43,937 nt of DNA from Candidatus Aminicenantes bacterium (GCA_041304225.1 JBFYNT010000029.1:1-43937), one strand, 5' to 3'. Positions 32,250 through 41,383 are shown, counted from the first letter of the stretch. The notes: a model not told the origin generated them from the letters alone. Program-made: numbers and translations.

Positions 32250-33284
32250 ATGAAAGCCGCGTTCCTCACAGGCGTCCGGTCGATCGAGATCCGGGAGGCC
32301 CCGGCGCCGCGCATCGCCCGGGACGACGATGTCATCGTCCGCAGCAAGGCCGTCGGCGTCTGCGGCAGCGACCTCCACTATTACCTCTCCGACACCGTCG
32401 GCAGCGACAAGGTCAAGTACCCCTTCATCCCCGGGCACGAGTGCGCCGGCGTCGTCGCGGAAGTCGGCCGGGCGGTCACCAAGGTCAAGCCGGGCGACCT
32501 GGTCGTCGTCGAACCGGCCGTCTCCTGCGGCGTCTGCGACCAGTGCCGGACGGGCCGGCCCCACACCTGCCGTTGGCTTCTTTTCCTGGGGCACTACGGC
32601 GAGCTCACCGGCGGCATGGCCGAGTCGGTCCTGGCCCCCGAGCGCAACTGCGTCCCCCTGCCGGCGCGGATGACGGCCGTCCAGGGCGCCCTGGCCGAGC
32701 CGCTGTCGATCGGGATCTACGCCGCCGGACTGGCCGGGTCGGTGCGCGGCAAGTCCGCGGCCGTCCTCGGGACCGGCCCGATCGGGCTGTGCACGCTCAT
32801 GGCCCTGCGGGCGGAGGGCGCCGGCGCGATCTACGCGACCGAGAAGATCGAGGCCCGGGAGCGGGCGGCCATGCCGGCCGGGGCCCAGTGGACGGGCAAC
32901 CCCGACCGAGAGGACGTCGTCGGCTCGATCCTGGCCCACGAACAGCACGGCCTCGACGTCGTCTTCGAGTGTTGCGGCGAACAGTCCGCGCTCGACCAGG
33001 CCGTCGCCCTGCTCAAGCCCGGCGGGACCCTGGTCGTCGTCGGCATCCCGCTCGAGTGCCGCGTCTCCTTCGACAGCTCCAAGGCGCGGCGCAAGGAGAT
33101 CCGCGTCCAGAACGTCCGGCGCCAGAACCGGTGTCTGGAGAAGGCCGTCGGCATGATCCACGCCGGGCGGGTCAAGGTCGATTTCCTGGCCACGCACTTT
33201 TTCGGGCTCGAGCTGGCCCGCGAGGCCTACGAGACGGCCGCGGCCCGCAAGAACGGCGTCATCAAAGCCATCGTCACGCCCTGA
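32250..33284 (+). CDS. zinc-dependent medium-chain alcohol/polyol dehydrogenase (sorbitol/threonine dehydrogenase-like)
   Basis: 344 aa. Catalytic Zn motifs GVCGSDLH and PGHECAG. Structural Zn cluster CGVCDQCRTGRPHTC. Nucleotide-binding motif VLGTGPIGL. Confidence 0.8.
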   Translation: MKAAFLTGVRSIEIREAPAPRIARDDDVIVRSKAVGVCGSDLHYYLSDTVGSDKVKYPFIPGHECAGVVAEVGRAVTKVKPGDLVVVEPAVSCGVCDQCRTGRPHTCRWLLFLGHYGELTGGMAESVLAPERNCVPLPARMTAVQGALAEPLSIGIYAAGLAGSVRGKSAAVLGTGPIGLCTLMALRAEGAGAIYATEKIEARERAAMPAGAQWTGNPDREDVVGSILAHEQHGLDVVFECCGEQSALDQAVALLKPGGTLVVVGIPLECRVSFDSSKARRKEIRVQNVRRQNRCLEKAVGMIHAGRVKVDFLATHFFGLELAREAYETAAARKNGVIKAIVTP

Positions 33285-33378
33285 CCGGCGGACGGAGCCG
33301 CGGGCCCGCATCAAGAGAGACCGGGGACGGCATCGTCGGGGAGCCCGCGATCTGCGCAGCTCCCGGGAGGAGAGGAAC

Positions 33379-34242
33379 ATGGGAACGAGAACGGACGAGG
33401 CTTTCGGCAGCGCGTTCGAGCGCGTCTTCGTCGGTGCCGCGGCCGTCGCGACCGCGCTCATCCTGGCCTACCTGGCCGTCCAAGGCCCGCTCATCCGCGG
33501 CGTCATCGCCTACAAGACCGCGCCCGGCATCATCGGCCAGCTCATGGGTCAGGACGCCGTCAACCTGGTCCTGATGAGCCCGATCCTGCTCGCCGGCGGC
33601 ATCCTGCTCCTCATCCGCCGGCCCCTGGCCAAGCTCCTCCTTATCGCCACGCCGCTCTTCCTCATCTACTACGCCCTGAGCTACACCATCGGCTGGGAGT
33701 GGAGCTCGCCGGCCTATAGGGGCAATAGCGAGCGCTGGTTCTTCCTCTATCTCTTCGTCCTCGTCGCGGCCGTCATCGTCCTTCTTTACACGCTGGCGGT
33801 CTTCCCCAAGAACGTCGAGAGCCGGTTCCGCAAGGGCGGCCTGGCGGCCTATTCCGCCGTGTTCGTCCTGTTCCTCCTCGTCTTCGCCGGCATGTGGCTG
33901 AAGGAGGTCCGGGAGGTCGTGGCCACGGGGACGAGCCGCGGCTACGACATCGCCCCGGCGGCTTTCTGGCTGGTCCGGGTCTTCGACCTCGGCTTCTCTA
34001 TCCCCCTGGGCCTCATCAGCGTCTATCTCCTGTGGGCCCGTCCGAACCAGGCCTATCCGATCGTCTGCCTGTTCTACGGGTTTTTTTTCACCCAGATCGC
34101 GGCCGTGCTGGCCATGGGCGTCACGATGTTCCTCACCAAGGACCCGACCTTCCTCTGGCGCGACCTCGTCGTCTTTGCCGTCCTGGCCGCCGTCATCGCC
34201 TTCGGCTTCTTCTACGTCCGGAAGAACTACAAGGCCGGTTGA
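33379..34242 (+). CDS. polytopic membrane protein of unknown function (about 7-8 TM helices)
   Basis: 287 aa with SD GGGAGGAGAGG. Alternating hydrophobic helices run throughout. I recognise no family. Confidence 0.55.
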   Translation: MGTRTDEAFGSAFERVFVGAAAVATALILAYLAVQGPLIRGVIAYKTAPGIIGQLMGQDAVNLVLMSPILLAGGILLLIRRPLAKLLLIATPLFLIYYALSYTIGWEWSSPAYRGNSERWFFLYLFVLVAAVIVLLYTLAVFPKNVESRFRKGGLAAYSAVFVLFLLVFAGMWLKEVREVVATGTSRGYDIAPAAFWLVRVFDLGFSIPLGLISVYLLWARPNQAYPIVCLFYGFFFTQIAAVLAMGVTMFLTKDPTFLWRDLVVFAVLAAVIAFGFFYVRKNYKAG

Positions 34243-34258
34243 GGATCGATCCGGCGGA

Positions 34259-34849
34259 TCACTTCATCTTCTCTCGCATCTTGGCCTCGTTCTCCGAAGG
34301 CCAATAGCCGCAGTCGAGCTCCAGGAAGACCGACGTGTAGGGCACGGCCAGGGTCGTCTTGACCATGACGATCTTGAAGGCCCGCCCGGCCTGGTCGAGC
34401 TTGGCGATGAGCTCTTCGTGGAGGACGGGCGCCGCGCCCCGGCCCATGAGCGCCTCGTCCAGGCGCCGCCGGGCCTCGTCCGCGCCGGGGGCCAGGTCCT
34501 CGGTGACGAATCCCAGCTCCTTGTCGAGCCAGATCTTCGGACGGATATGCTTAGCCCCGTCGACGGCCTGGAGCACTTTCGCGAGGACCGTGAAGTGGTC
34601 CTCGCCGGTCACGATCGTCTCGATGCCCGGGCTGATCTGGAGGGGGAAGGCCGAATCGGCGACGACGATCCAGTTGCGGTGGCCCAGGGCCGGCAGATAG
34701 CCGGCGAGCGTATCCATCCAGACCGGGGCCCCGGCGGCTTGGGCGTTGGTCCTGGCTTGTCCCTCCTCTGCCGCTTCGTCCTCCCGATCGCAGGCGACGA
34801 GCGCCGCGAGCAGGATCGCCAGTCCGACGATCGGGATATGGACGCGCAT
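34259..34849 (-). CDS. RbsD/FucU-family (sugar pyranase/mutarotase-like) lipoprotein
   Basis: I chose the start MRVHIPIVGLAILLAALVAC (lipobox LVAC), with SD GGGAGG. The promoter lies where the longer track ORF would begin. LGHRNWIVVADSAFP matches RbsD LGHTDTLVVCDAGLP and FucU GHGDEIIFSDAHFP (from memory). The C-terminal AFKIVMVKTTLAVPYTSVFLELDCG resembles [21 protein letters not shown]. Confidence 0.6.
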   Translation of the reverse strand: MRVHIPIVGLAILLAALVACDREDEAAEEGQARTNAQAAGAPVWMDTLAGYLPALGHRNWIVVADSAFPLQISPGIETIVTGEDHFTVLAKVLQAVDGAKHIRPKIWLDKELGFVTEDLAPGADEARRRLDEALMGRGAAPVLHEELIAKLDQAGRAFKIVMVKTTLAVPYTSVFLELDCGYWPSENEAKMREKMK

Positions 34850-34868
34850 GGTTGGCCTCCCTGGCGCT

Positions 34869-34897
34869 ATTCTAAGCGGCTTCCTCCCTCGACGCAA
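34869..34897 (-). promoter_or_regulatory. sigma70-like promoter TTGCGT-17-TAGAAT for the RbsD/FucU-like gene
   Basis: On the minus strand, TTGCGT is at 34897-34892, followed by a 17-nt spacer and TAGAAT at 34874-34869. This is about 20 nt upstream of the ATG at 34849. Confidence 0.5.
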
Positions 34898-34967
34898 CGG
34901 GGAGGATTTGCTTTCCGCCGGCGATTTTGTTTAGCATAGGGCATCCCGACAAAAGAAGGAGAGGACC

Positions 34968-35414
34968 ATGACAGAGGAAAAGACGCAATTCAAGGTCGAC
35001 AAGACGAACCTGATCAAGGCCGGGACGATCCCGGTCATCGCGGCGGCCATCGGCGGAGCGTTGTGGCTGCTGGGCTTCCTTGGCGGCCTCATGGGGATCT
35101 TCTTTTGGGCCGTCGCCGCGTTCGCGGGCTATTGGTACGTGAATCTGGTCCTGAAATCGGACGCCAAGCCGTCGATCCTCGAAGTCGCCATCAACGGGGC
35201 CATCCTGGGCGCGGTCGTCGGCCTGGTCTACGCGGTCGTCACCTGGATCGCCATCAGCATCCGTTACCCCGGACTGGCCGGCGGCTTGGTGAGATTCAGC
35301 TACAGTTGGGGATTCGGCTCCATCGTCCGGGCCTTCCTGCAGGGCGCGATCGGCGGCGCGATCGGCGCGGCCGGCTGGTTCGCCTACAAGTCGGGGATGA
35401 TCAAAACCAAGTAA
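34968..35414 (+). CDS. small Gly/Ala-rich membrane protein (about 4 TM helices), unknown function
   Basis: 148 aa with SD AAGGAGAGG 5 nt upstream and four hydrophobic segments. Confidence 0.55.
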   Translation: MTEEKTQFKVDKTNLIKAGTIPVIAAAIGGALWLLGFLGGLMGIFFWAVAAFAGYWYVNLVLKSDAKPSILEVAINGAILGAVVGLVYAVVTWIAISIRYPGLAGGLVRFSYSWGFGSIVRAFLQGAIGGAIGAAGWFAYKSGMIKTK

Positions 35415-35431
35415 TCCCGGATTTTTCGATG

Positions 35432-35860
35432 TCAACCGGCCAGGAGCCGGTACGTCGCCGTGATGGGCGCCGCCGCCTTGAGCATGGCCCAGACGGGGCA
35501 AAAGCGCTCCTCGGACAGGGCCAGGGCCTTCTCGACCGAAGCCGGATCGAGTCGGCCGCCGCGGAACTCGAACTCGAGCTCGATCGCGGTGAAGACGGCC
35601 GGGTGGATCTCCTTCTTCGGGCCGCGGGCGTGGACCGTCAGGTCCTTGACCTCCTGGCCCATCCGCTTGAGAAGCCCGACCGTGACCTGGCCGCTGCACC
35701 CGGCCAGGCTCGTGAGGAGGAGCTCCATGGGGGTATACCCGCCGACCGGCTCCCCCTCGGCGGCGAAGTCGAGGGTCACGGCCGTCCCGGCCCGTCCCGA
35801 CCTCCCCTCGAATGCCATGCCGCCCCGGAAGACGATGTCCGCTCGGGATTCCTTGGCCAT
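35432..35860 (-). CDS. OsmC/Ohr-family peroxiredoxin-like protein
   Basis: 142 aa with SD AAAGGAG. OsmC pattern: TPMELLLTSLAGCSG ... LSEERFCPVWAML, which carries the two conserved Cys. Confidence 0.8.
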   Translation of the reverse strand: MAKESRADIVFRGGMAFEGRSGRAGTAVTLDFAAEGEPVGGYTPMELLLTSLAGCSGQVTVGLLKRMGQEVKDLTVHARGPKKEIHPAVFTAIELEFEFRGGRLDPASVEKALALSEERFCPVWAMLKAAAPITATYRLLAG

Positions 35861-35904
35861 GGGAAGGCTCCTTTCGCCGTCCTGTCCGAAGGTCGTTCGG
35901 AGGT

Positions 35905-35934
35905 AGTATCCAACGGCGGGCCGGGATCCGTCAA
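35905..35934 (-). promoter_or_regulatory. possible promoter TTGACG-18-GATACT for the OsmC gene
   Basis: On the minus strand, TTGACG is at 35934-35929, followed by an 18-nt spacer and GATACT at 35910-35905, downstream of the kinase stop at 35948. Confidence 0.4.
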
Positions 35935-35947
35935 TACGGGAGGACCT

Positions 35948-37039
35948 TCAGGCGGCGGGCGCGGCGGCCGGCTCGCCGCCCGCGGCCGGCAGCGCGACGA
36001 AGAACTCGGCCCATTTCCCCGGCTCGGACTCGGCCCAGATGCGGCCCTTGTGCTTGTCGACGACGGTCTTGGAGATGTAAAGACCCAGCCCGGAGCCTTT
36101 GACGCCCTCGGTGCCCTTCTGTTTGAGGCGCTCGAAGCGCTTGAAGAGGCGCGGCAGGTCCTCCTTCGGGATGCCGACACCCTCGTTCCGGACCGAGAAC
36201 AGGAGCTCGCCGGCCTTCAGGCCCAGCTTGACCCGGACCGGCGTGCCCTCGGCGCCGTACTTGACGGCGTTGTTGACCAGGTTGCCGACGAGGATCTTGA
36301 GCAGGGCCGGATCGCCGTCGATGACCGGGTCGCCGTCGAGCTCGGTCACGATCTCCATCCTCCGGACGTTGTCCCGGACGCCGGGCATGTCGAGGGCGGG
36401 CCCGACGACGGCCGAGGCGAACGGCACCCGCTCCTTGAACGCGGCCAGGCCGTCGAGCTCCATCTTCGACAGGTCGATGTAGCTGCGGATGATGTCCTCG
36501 AGGTAGGAACAGTTGCGGATGATGGTCTCGACGATCTTCCGCTGCTCCGGCTCGAGCTTGCCGAAATAGCCCCGGTGGAGCGTCGTCGCCGTCGTCTGGA
36601 CGGCGGCCAGCGGGCTCTTGAGCTCGTGGGAGACGATGGCCATGAGGTCGAGCATCTTGGCCCCGGCCGCGTTCTTGCGGGCCTCGACGGCGTTGGCCAC
36701 GACGCTCCGCAGCTCGTCGGGGGTGAAGGGCTTGGGGACGTAGTCGAAGGCCCCGTTCTTGAGGGCCTCGCGGGCCGTTTCGACGCTGCTGAAGCCGGTG
36801 AAGATGACGACGGTCGTCTTCGGCCGGTCCTTGCGCAGGGCCTTGAGGACCTCCATGCCGCCGAGCCCGGGCATCTTGAGGTCGGTGACGACGATATCGT
36901 AGTCCTTGGCCAGGGCCATGGCCAGGCCCTGGTCGCCGGACGGGGCGGTCTCGATCTCGTAGTCCGAGCCCGCGAAGATGCGCTTCGAGCTCCTGAGGAC
37001 GATGTCCTCGTCGTCGATGAAGAGCAGCTTGACGCCCAT
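35948..37039 (-). CDS. hybrid response-regulator/histidine kinase (REC-HisKA-HATPase_c, cytoplasmic)
   Basis: 363 aa from MGVKLLFIDDEDIV, with SD GGGAGA. Receiver motifs are DIVVTDLKMPGLGG and KPF. H-box SHELKSPLAAV. G-boxes GSGLGLYISK. No TM segments. Confidence 0.8.
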   Translation of the reverse strand: MGVKLLFIDDEDIVLRSSKRIFAGSDYEIETAPSGDQGLAMALAKDYDIVVTDLKMPGLGGMEVLKALRKDRPKTTVVIFTGFSSVETAREALKNGAFDYVPKPFTPDELRSVVANAVEARKNAAGAKMLDLMAIVSHELKSPLAAVQTTATTLHRGYFGKLEPEQRKIVETIIRNCSYLEDIIRSYIDLSKMELDGLAAFKERVPFASAVVGPALDMPGVRDNVRRMEIVTELDGDPVIDGDPALLKILVGNLVNNAVKYGAEGTPVRVKLGLKAGELLFSVRNEGVGIPKEDLPRLFKRFERLKQKGTEGVKGSGLGLYISKTVVDKHKGRIWAESEPGKWAEFFVALPAAGGEPAAAPAA

Positions 37040-37061
37040 GTGTGTCTCCCGCGCCGCCCGC

Positions 37062-38984
37062 TCAGCGGGCCGGCAGCTTGATGATGAACTCCGTGCCCGC
37101 GCCGACCTTGCTCTGGACATCGATCTGGCCGCCGTGCCTCTGGATGGCGCCGTAGACCATGGGCAGGCCCAGCCCCGTCCCCTGGCCCCGGTCCTTGGTC
37201 GTGAAAAAGGGCTCGAAGATCTTGTTGAGGTTCTCCTCCGCGATGCCGACGCCCGTGTCGGCCACCCGGACGACGACCATCCCGGTCCCCGGCTCGACGG
37301 AGGTGGCGATGGTCAGCCGGCCGCCCTTGGGCATGGCGTCGGCCGCGTTGACCGCCAGGTTGTTGACGACCGACCGGATCTCCCCGGCGTCGACGTTGAC
37401 CGCGGGCAGCTCCGGGTCCAGCTCCTTGACGATCTTGACGTCCTGGAAGGTGACGTGCTTCTCCAGGATGCGCAGGGCGTCCTCGATGATGGCGTTGAGG
37501 TCGGCCAGGGCCCGTTCCGACTTGGTGTCCCGGGCGAAGTCGAGGATGCCCCGGACGATGCCCCGGCAGCGCAGGGTCTCGTCCCGGATGACCTTGAGGT
37601 CCTCCTCGTAGGGCGTCCCCTTCATGTCCTCGAGCAGGAGGCTGCTGTAAGTCAGGACCCCCGTCAGCGGGTTGTTGATCTCGTGGGCGATGCCCGAAGC
37701 CATGCGCCCGATGGAGGCCAGCTTCTCCGATTTGAGGATGGTCCGGTCGGCCAGGTCGGTGAGCTGGCGGTCCCGCTCCTCGATGGCGTCGACCATGCCG
37801 TTGAAGGCCTGGGCCAGGGCCCGGGCGTCCTCGTCGCCGTGGGGGTCGGTCTCGATGCGGTGGTAGAAGCCCAGGGCCATCTCGGTCGAGGCATCGATGA
37901 TCCGCTTGACCGGCTTGGTGTAGAGGTTGATGAGGTAGCCCGAGAGGGCCAGGGCCAGGACGGTGGTCAGGAGGATGACCAGGAGATAGGAGATGGTCGT
38001 GTTCCGGACGACGACGTCGAATTTCTTCTTCAGGACGCCGACATAGAGCATTCCGAGGACTTTGTGATCGAAGTCGTAGAGCGGCGTATAGCCGGAGATG
38101 TACCAGTCATCGACGACGAAGGCCCGCCCGACCCAGGTCTCGCCCTGCTCGAAGACCTTGCGGTAGACCTCCTCGGAAACCTGGGTCCCGATGGCCCGCC
38201 GCCCGGAGGCGTCGACGACGTTCGTCGCCACCCGGACGTCCCCGAGGAAGATCGTCGTCGTCCCGGCGTCCTTGCCGTTGATCTTCTCGTCCTTGAAGAC
38301 CAGCCGCTTGAAACGGTCGACGAAGGTGTCGTTGTTGTTGAGCAGGACGGCGCCGTAGAGGATGCCCGCCAGCCGCTCCCCGTCGAGGATGGGCGCGGCG
38401 ATCTTGATGATCAGCCCCCGGTCCTCGGACGGGGACGGCCGCTCGCGGCCGTGGGAGGTCGGGACGACCGGGATGACCGTCCGCCGGGCCAGGTCCTCGC
38501 CTTCGCGGGCGATGTCCTCGTAGTCGAGCAGGCCCGTCCCGGCGATCGGCGCATGGGTCCGCAGGACCTCCTGGATGGTCCGGTAGCCGGTCATGGGGTC
38601 GCCGAAGGCCTCGAAGTTATTGCCCCGGACGAGCATCGTGCCGTCGGCGTTGACGACGTCGACGATGTCGAAGCCGAACTCGCGCTTGATCTGGACGAGC
38701 TTCTCGAACAGGAAGGCCCGGTCCCGGGCGGCCGCCGCCCGGACGATCTCCGGGGTCCGGGCCATGTATTGGAGGGTCCGGGAGCGGTTGTCGATCTCCT
38801 CCCGATAGAGCTCGCTCGTCGAGGCCAGGTTGGTCCGCACCGTGGCGTACGCGTCGCGAACGAGGTTGGTGTTGAGGGCGCTCAGTCCGACGATGATCGA
38901 CAGGATGCCGGCCAGGAAGACGATGGCCAGAAGGCTGACGACGAGCTTGAAGCGGATGTTCGAGCGCGCGATCGTCTTGATCAT
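37062..38984 (-). CDS. membrane sensor histidine kinase with extracytoplasmic Cache-like domain, HAMP, HisKA, HATPase_c
   Basis: 640 aa with two TM helices (residues ~13-35 and ~320-345) flanking a ~280-aa periplasmic domain. HAMP region present. H-box [24 protein letters not shown] near the C-terminus. Confidence 0.85.
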   Translation of the reverse strand: MIKTIARSNIRFKLVVSLLAIVFLAGILSIIVGLSALNTNLVRDAYATVRTNLASTSELYREEIDNRSRTLQYMARTPEIVRAAAARDRAFLFEKLVQIKREFGFDIVDVVNADGTMLVRGNNFEAFGDPMTGYRTIQEVLRTHAPIAGTGLLDYEDIAREGEDLARRTVIPVVPTSHGRERPSPSEDRGLIIKIAAPILDGERLAGILYGAVLLNNNDTFVDRFKRLVFKDEKINGKDAGTTTIFLGDVRVATNVVDASGRRAIGTQVSEEVYRKVFEQGETWVGRAFVVDDWYISGYTPLYDFDHKVLGMLYVGVLKKKFDVVVRNTTISYLLVILLTTVLALALSGYLINLYTKPVKRIIDASTEMALGFYHRIETDPHGDEDARALAQAFNGMVDAIEERDRQLTDLADRTILKSEKLASIGRMASGIAHEINNPLTGVLTYSSLLLEDMKGTPYEEDLKVIRDETLRCRGIVRGILDFARDTKSERALADLNAIIEDALRILEKHVTFQDVKIVKELDPELPAVNVDAGEIRSVVNNLAVNAADAMPKGGRLTIATSVEPGTGMVVVRVADTGVGIAEENLNKIFEPFFTTKDRGQGTGLGLPMVYGAIQRHGGQIDVQSKVGAGTEFIIKLPAR

Positions 38985-39385
38985 CGCAGGAGGCGGCCGA
39001 CGCGGGCCAGGAGCTCGTCGAGGTCGACGGGCTTGGTCAGGAACTCGTTCCGCCCGGCGAGGAAGCTGTCGGACGGGTCCATGGAGAAGCGGGAGTTCGT
39101 CACCTGGTCGATGGCCGTCAGGATGACGATGGGCACGTCCCGGAACTCCCGGTACTTCGACGTTTCGCGGCGGCTGCGGACGACGCCGGCCGCCTCGAAG
39201 CCCGCCGTGTCCGTTTCCATCATGACGTCGAGGACGACCAGGTCGGGCCGTTCCGCGAGCAGGGCCTTCAGGCCGTCCGCCCCGCTGTGCGCGGCGGCGA
39301 CGTCGTAGCCGTTCGCCCGGAGGACCTGGGCCAAGCTGGCCACGAGGTCCTTGTCGTCGTCGACGATGAGGATCTTCTTACTCAT
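38981..39385 (-). CDS. stand-alone CheY-like response regulator receiver (no output domain)
   Basis: 134 aa with KILIVDDDKDL, DLVVLDVMM and LTKPVDLDEL. The 5' end overlaps the hydrogenase small-subunit gene by 8 nt. The 3' end overlaps the kinase start by 4 nt. Confidence 0.85.
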   Translation of the reverse strand: MSKKILIVDDDKDLVASLAQVLRANGYDVAAAHSGADGLKALLAERPDLVVLDVMMETDTAGFEAAGVVRSRRETSKYREFRDVPIVILTAIDQVTNSRFSMDPSDSFLAGRNEFLTKPVDLDELLARVGRLLR

Positions 39386-39911
39386 GGTTCAAGACCTCGT
39401 AGATGACGTTCCGCTCCTCCCAGGCCTTGGTCCTCTCGTACATGTCGATGGGGAACTCGACCTGCTTGAGCTCCACGGGGGCGACCTTCTTGTCGACCAG
39501 GCCGAGGGCCAGGGCAACGCCGTAGATGATGGCCTCCGGGCGCGGCGGGCAGCCGGGAATGTAGTAGTTGACCGGGACGGCCGTGGCCGCGCCGCCGGTG
39601 ACGTTGTAAGTGTCGAACCAGCAGCCGCCGCCCACGGCGCAGGAGCCGATGCCGAACACGAGCTTCGGGCCGGGCATGGCCGCCCAGGCCTTCTTGACGA
39701 GCGGCAAGGTCGGCCGGGTGACGGCGCCCGACAGGAGCATGACGTCGGCATGGCGCGGCGAGCCGACGAGCTTGATGCCGAACCGCTCGACGTCGTAGTA
39801 CGGGGTCAGGATGTTGAGGATCTCGATGTCGCAGCCGTTGCAAGCGCCGCTGTTGCAGTGGTAGACCCAGAGCGAGCGGGAAAAGCACTTCTTGGCGAGC
39901 TTGGCGAGCAT
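39378..39911 (-). CDS. group-4 [NiFe]-hydrogenase small subunit (NuoB/HycG-like)
   Basis: 177 aa with [4Fe-4S] ligand pattern HCNSGACNGCDIE ... GSCAVGGG ... IPGCPPRPE. SD GGGAGG is upstream. Confidence 0.85.
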   Translation of the reverse strand: MLAKLAKKCFSRSLWVYHCNSGACNGCDIEILNILTPYYDVERFGIKLVGSPRHADVMLLSGAVTRPTLPLVKKAWAAMPGPKLVFGIGSCAVGGGCWFDTYNVTGGAATAVPVNYYIPGCPPRPEAIIYGVALALGLVDKKVAPVELKQVEFPIDMYERTKAWEERNVIYEVLNHE

Positions 39912-39912
39912 G

Positions 39913-40458
39913 TCAGCCTCCCGTCTTTCCCGGCCGCTCGTAGCGCTCGGTCGCGGCGAGCTCCTTCGGCTGGAAGGTGTCCGTCGCCCGGCGGACGACC
40001 GTCCGGGCCTCCAGGCTGTCGTACCGGTAGCCCGTCAAGCCGAGCTTGTCGAGGGCGTTCGCGGTCTCCATATCGAAGCACCGGCCGCAGCGCTGGCAGG
40101 TCAGCATGAACAGTTCCAGGCTCTCGGTGATGTCGTTCCGGTCGTCCGTGGCCTGCTCGAAGCGGTCGGTCATGGCAATGGCCTTCTCGGGGCAGACGTC
40201 GGCGCAGCGGCCGCAGTAGGTGCAGCGGGCGCCGTCGTAGAGAAGCACGCGGACCTCCTGGCAGAGGTCGCGGACCATGATCGTCCGGGCCGGGCAGTGG
40301 TTGGAGCAACCGCCGCAGCCGATGCACTTGGTGTGGTCCCAGTGGGGTGCGCCGCGGAAGCCCTCCGGGACCGGCCGGGGTTCGAACGGGTACTTCAGGG
40401 TCACGACGCCGGGCTTCGCGACCATCAGCACCTGCTTGATCTTGCTTATCAGCCACAT
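39913..40458 (-). CDS. hydrogenase iron-sulfur subunit (HycF/NuoI-like, 2x[4Fe-4S] ferredoxin-type)
   Basis: CIGCGGCSNHCP and CTYCGRCADVCP motifs, plus a HycF-like extra CQRCGRC segment. 181 aa. Confidence 0.8.
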   Translation of the reverse strand: MWLISKIKQVLMVAKPGVVTLKYPFEPRPVPEGFRGAPHWDHTKCIGCGGCSNHCPARTIMVRDLCQEVRVLLYDGARCTYCGRCADVCPEKAIAMTDRFEQATDDRNDITESLELFMLTCQRCGRCFDMETANALDKLGLTGYRYDSLEARTVVRRATDTFQPKELAATERYERPGKTGG

Positions 40459-40478
40459 GGTGTATCTCCCGATGTCCC

Positions 40479-41381
40479 TCAGATCCCCGCGACGGCCAGA
40501 CCGACCGCGACGAGGGCGATGACGATGAGCCCGGCGTAGATCTTGACGGCCTGGTCGATCCTGAGGCGCGGATTGGTCGATCCGACCAGGGCGATCGCGG
40601 CGAAGACGAGGAGCGTCCCGAGGAGCTGGGCCAGGATGTCGCCGGCGTAGGAGCCGGTCCGCAGGAAAGGCATGAAAACGGCGGCGAAGAGCCAGGCGTA
40701 GACCATCTGCTTCATCATCATATAGTAGCGGAACAGAGCGTAATCCGGCCCGCTGTACTCGATGAACGGCCCCTCGAGGACCTCGATCTCGGCCTCGGCG
40801 ATATCGAACGGCTGCTTGGCCACGAAGGCCTGCAGGGCGGCGAGGTAGGCGACGAGCATGACCGCGGTCGAGACCCCGTATCCCAGCGCGGAGGTGCTGA
40901 AGACGGCCGCCCCCAGCCCCAGGCTGTGGCCGCGGACGGCGCCCAGGATGAGGGTCATGGCCAGGACGGGCTCGACCATGACCATGGTCACCATCTCCCG
41001 GCTGGCCCCGATCGCGGCGAAGGTGTTGCGGCTGGCCAGGGCGCCGAGGAGGACCGAGACGCCGCCGAGCGTCAGCAGGTAGACCAGGGTGAGGATGTCG
41101 ACCCGGGCGGCCAGGACGTTGACCTTGGAGCCGAGGGGAACGAGGGCGGCGACGGCCAGGATCGAGGCGAAGGCGGCCGGCGGGGCCAGCTTGAAGGCCC
41201 AGGTCTTGGCCGAATCGACCCTCTCCTTGCCGAGCAGCTTGAGGAGGTCATAATAGGGCTGGACGACGGGCGGCCCCTGGCGGGATTGGACCCGGGCCGT
41301 GATCTTCCGCATCACCCCGTCGAAGAGCGGCGCGAGCAGCAGGAAGAGGAGGATGTTGACGAAGACGGCGACGAGGCTCAT
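40479..41381 (-). CDS. hydrogenase membrane subunit (HycD/NuoH-like)
   Basis: 300 aa from MSLVAVFVNILLFLLLAPLFDGVMRKITARVQSRQGPPVVQPYYDLLKL, which is the NuoH/HycD signature. SD GAAGGAG is upstream. The protein is polytopic. Confidence 0.8.
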   Translation of the reverse strand: MSLVAVFVNILLFLLLAPLFDGVMRKITARVQSRQGPPVVQPYYDLLKLLGKERVDSAKTWAFKLAPPAAFASILAVAALVPLGSKVNVLAARVDILTLVYLLTLGGVSVLLGALASRNTFAAIGASREMVTMVMVEPVLAMTLILGAVRGHSLGLGAAVFSTSALGYGVSTAVMLVAYLAALQAFVAKQPFDIAEAEIEVLEGPFIEYSGPDYALFRYYMMMKQMVYAWLFAAVFMPFLRTGSYAGDILAQLLGTLLVFAAIALVGSTNPRLRIDQAVKIYAGLIVIALVAVGLAVAGI

Positions 41382-41383
41382 GG

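Noticed and set aside
30687-33461. N-terminal 521 codons of the 865-aa plus ORF and N-terminal 445 codons of the 969-aa minus ORF
   Set aside because: Each is antisense to the neighbouring real gene (M28 peptidase and ADH respectively). The internal starts at 32250 and 32126 have promoters or SDs and sensible N-termini.
35063-39308. 672-aa and 776-aa plus-strand ORFs opposite the OsmC, kinase and regulator genes
   Set aside because: Shadow ORFs with Asp/Gly/Arg/Val-rich low complexity that span several real minus-strand genes.
39382-40539. Alternative-frame and antisense ORFs over the hydrogenase small and FeS subunit genes (39382-39888, 39389-39751, 39806-40456, 39892-40539)
   Set aside because: They are Arg/Pro-rich nonsense. 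The chosen frames carry the complete Fe-S cysteine motifs.
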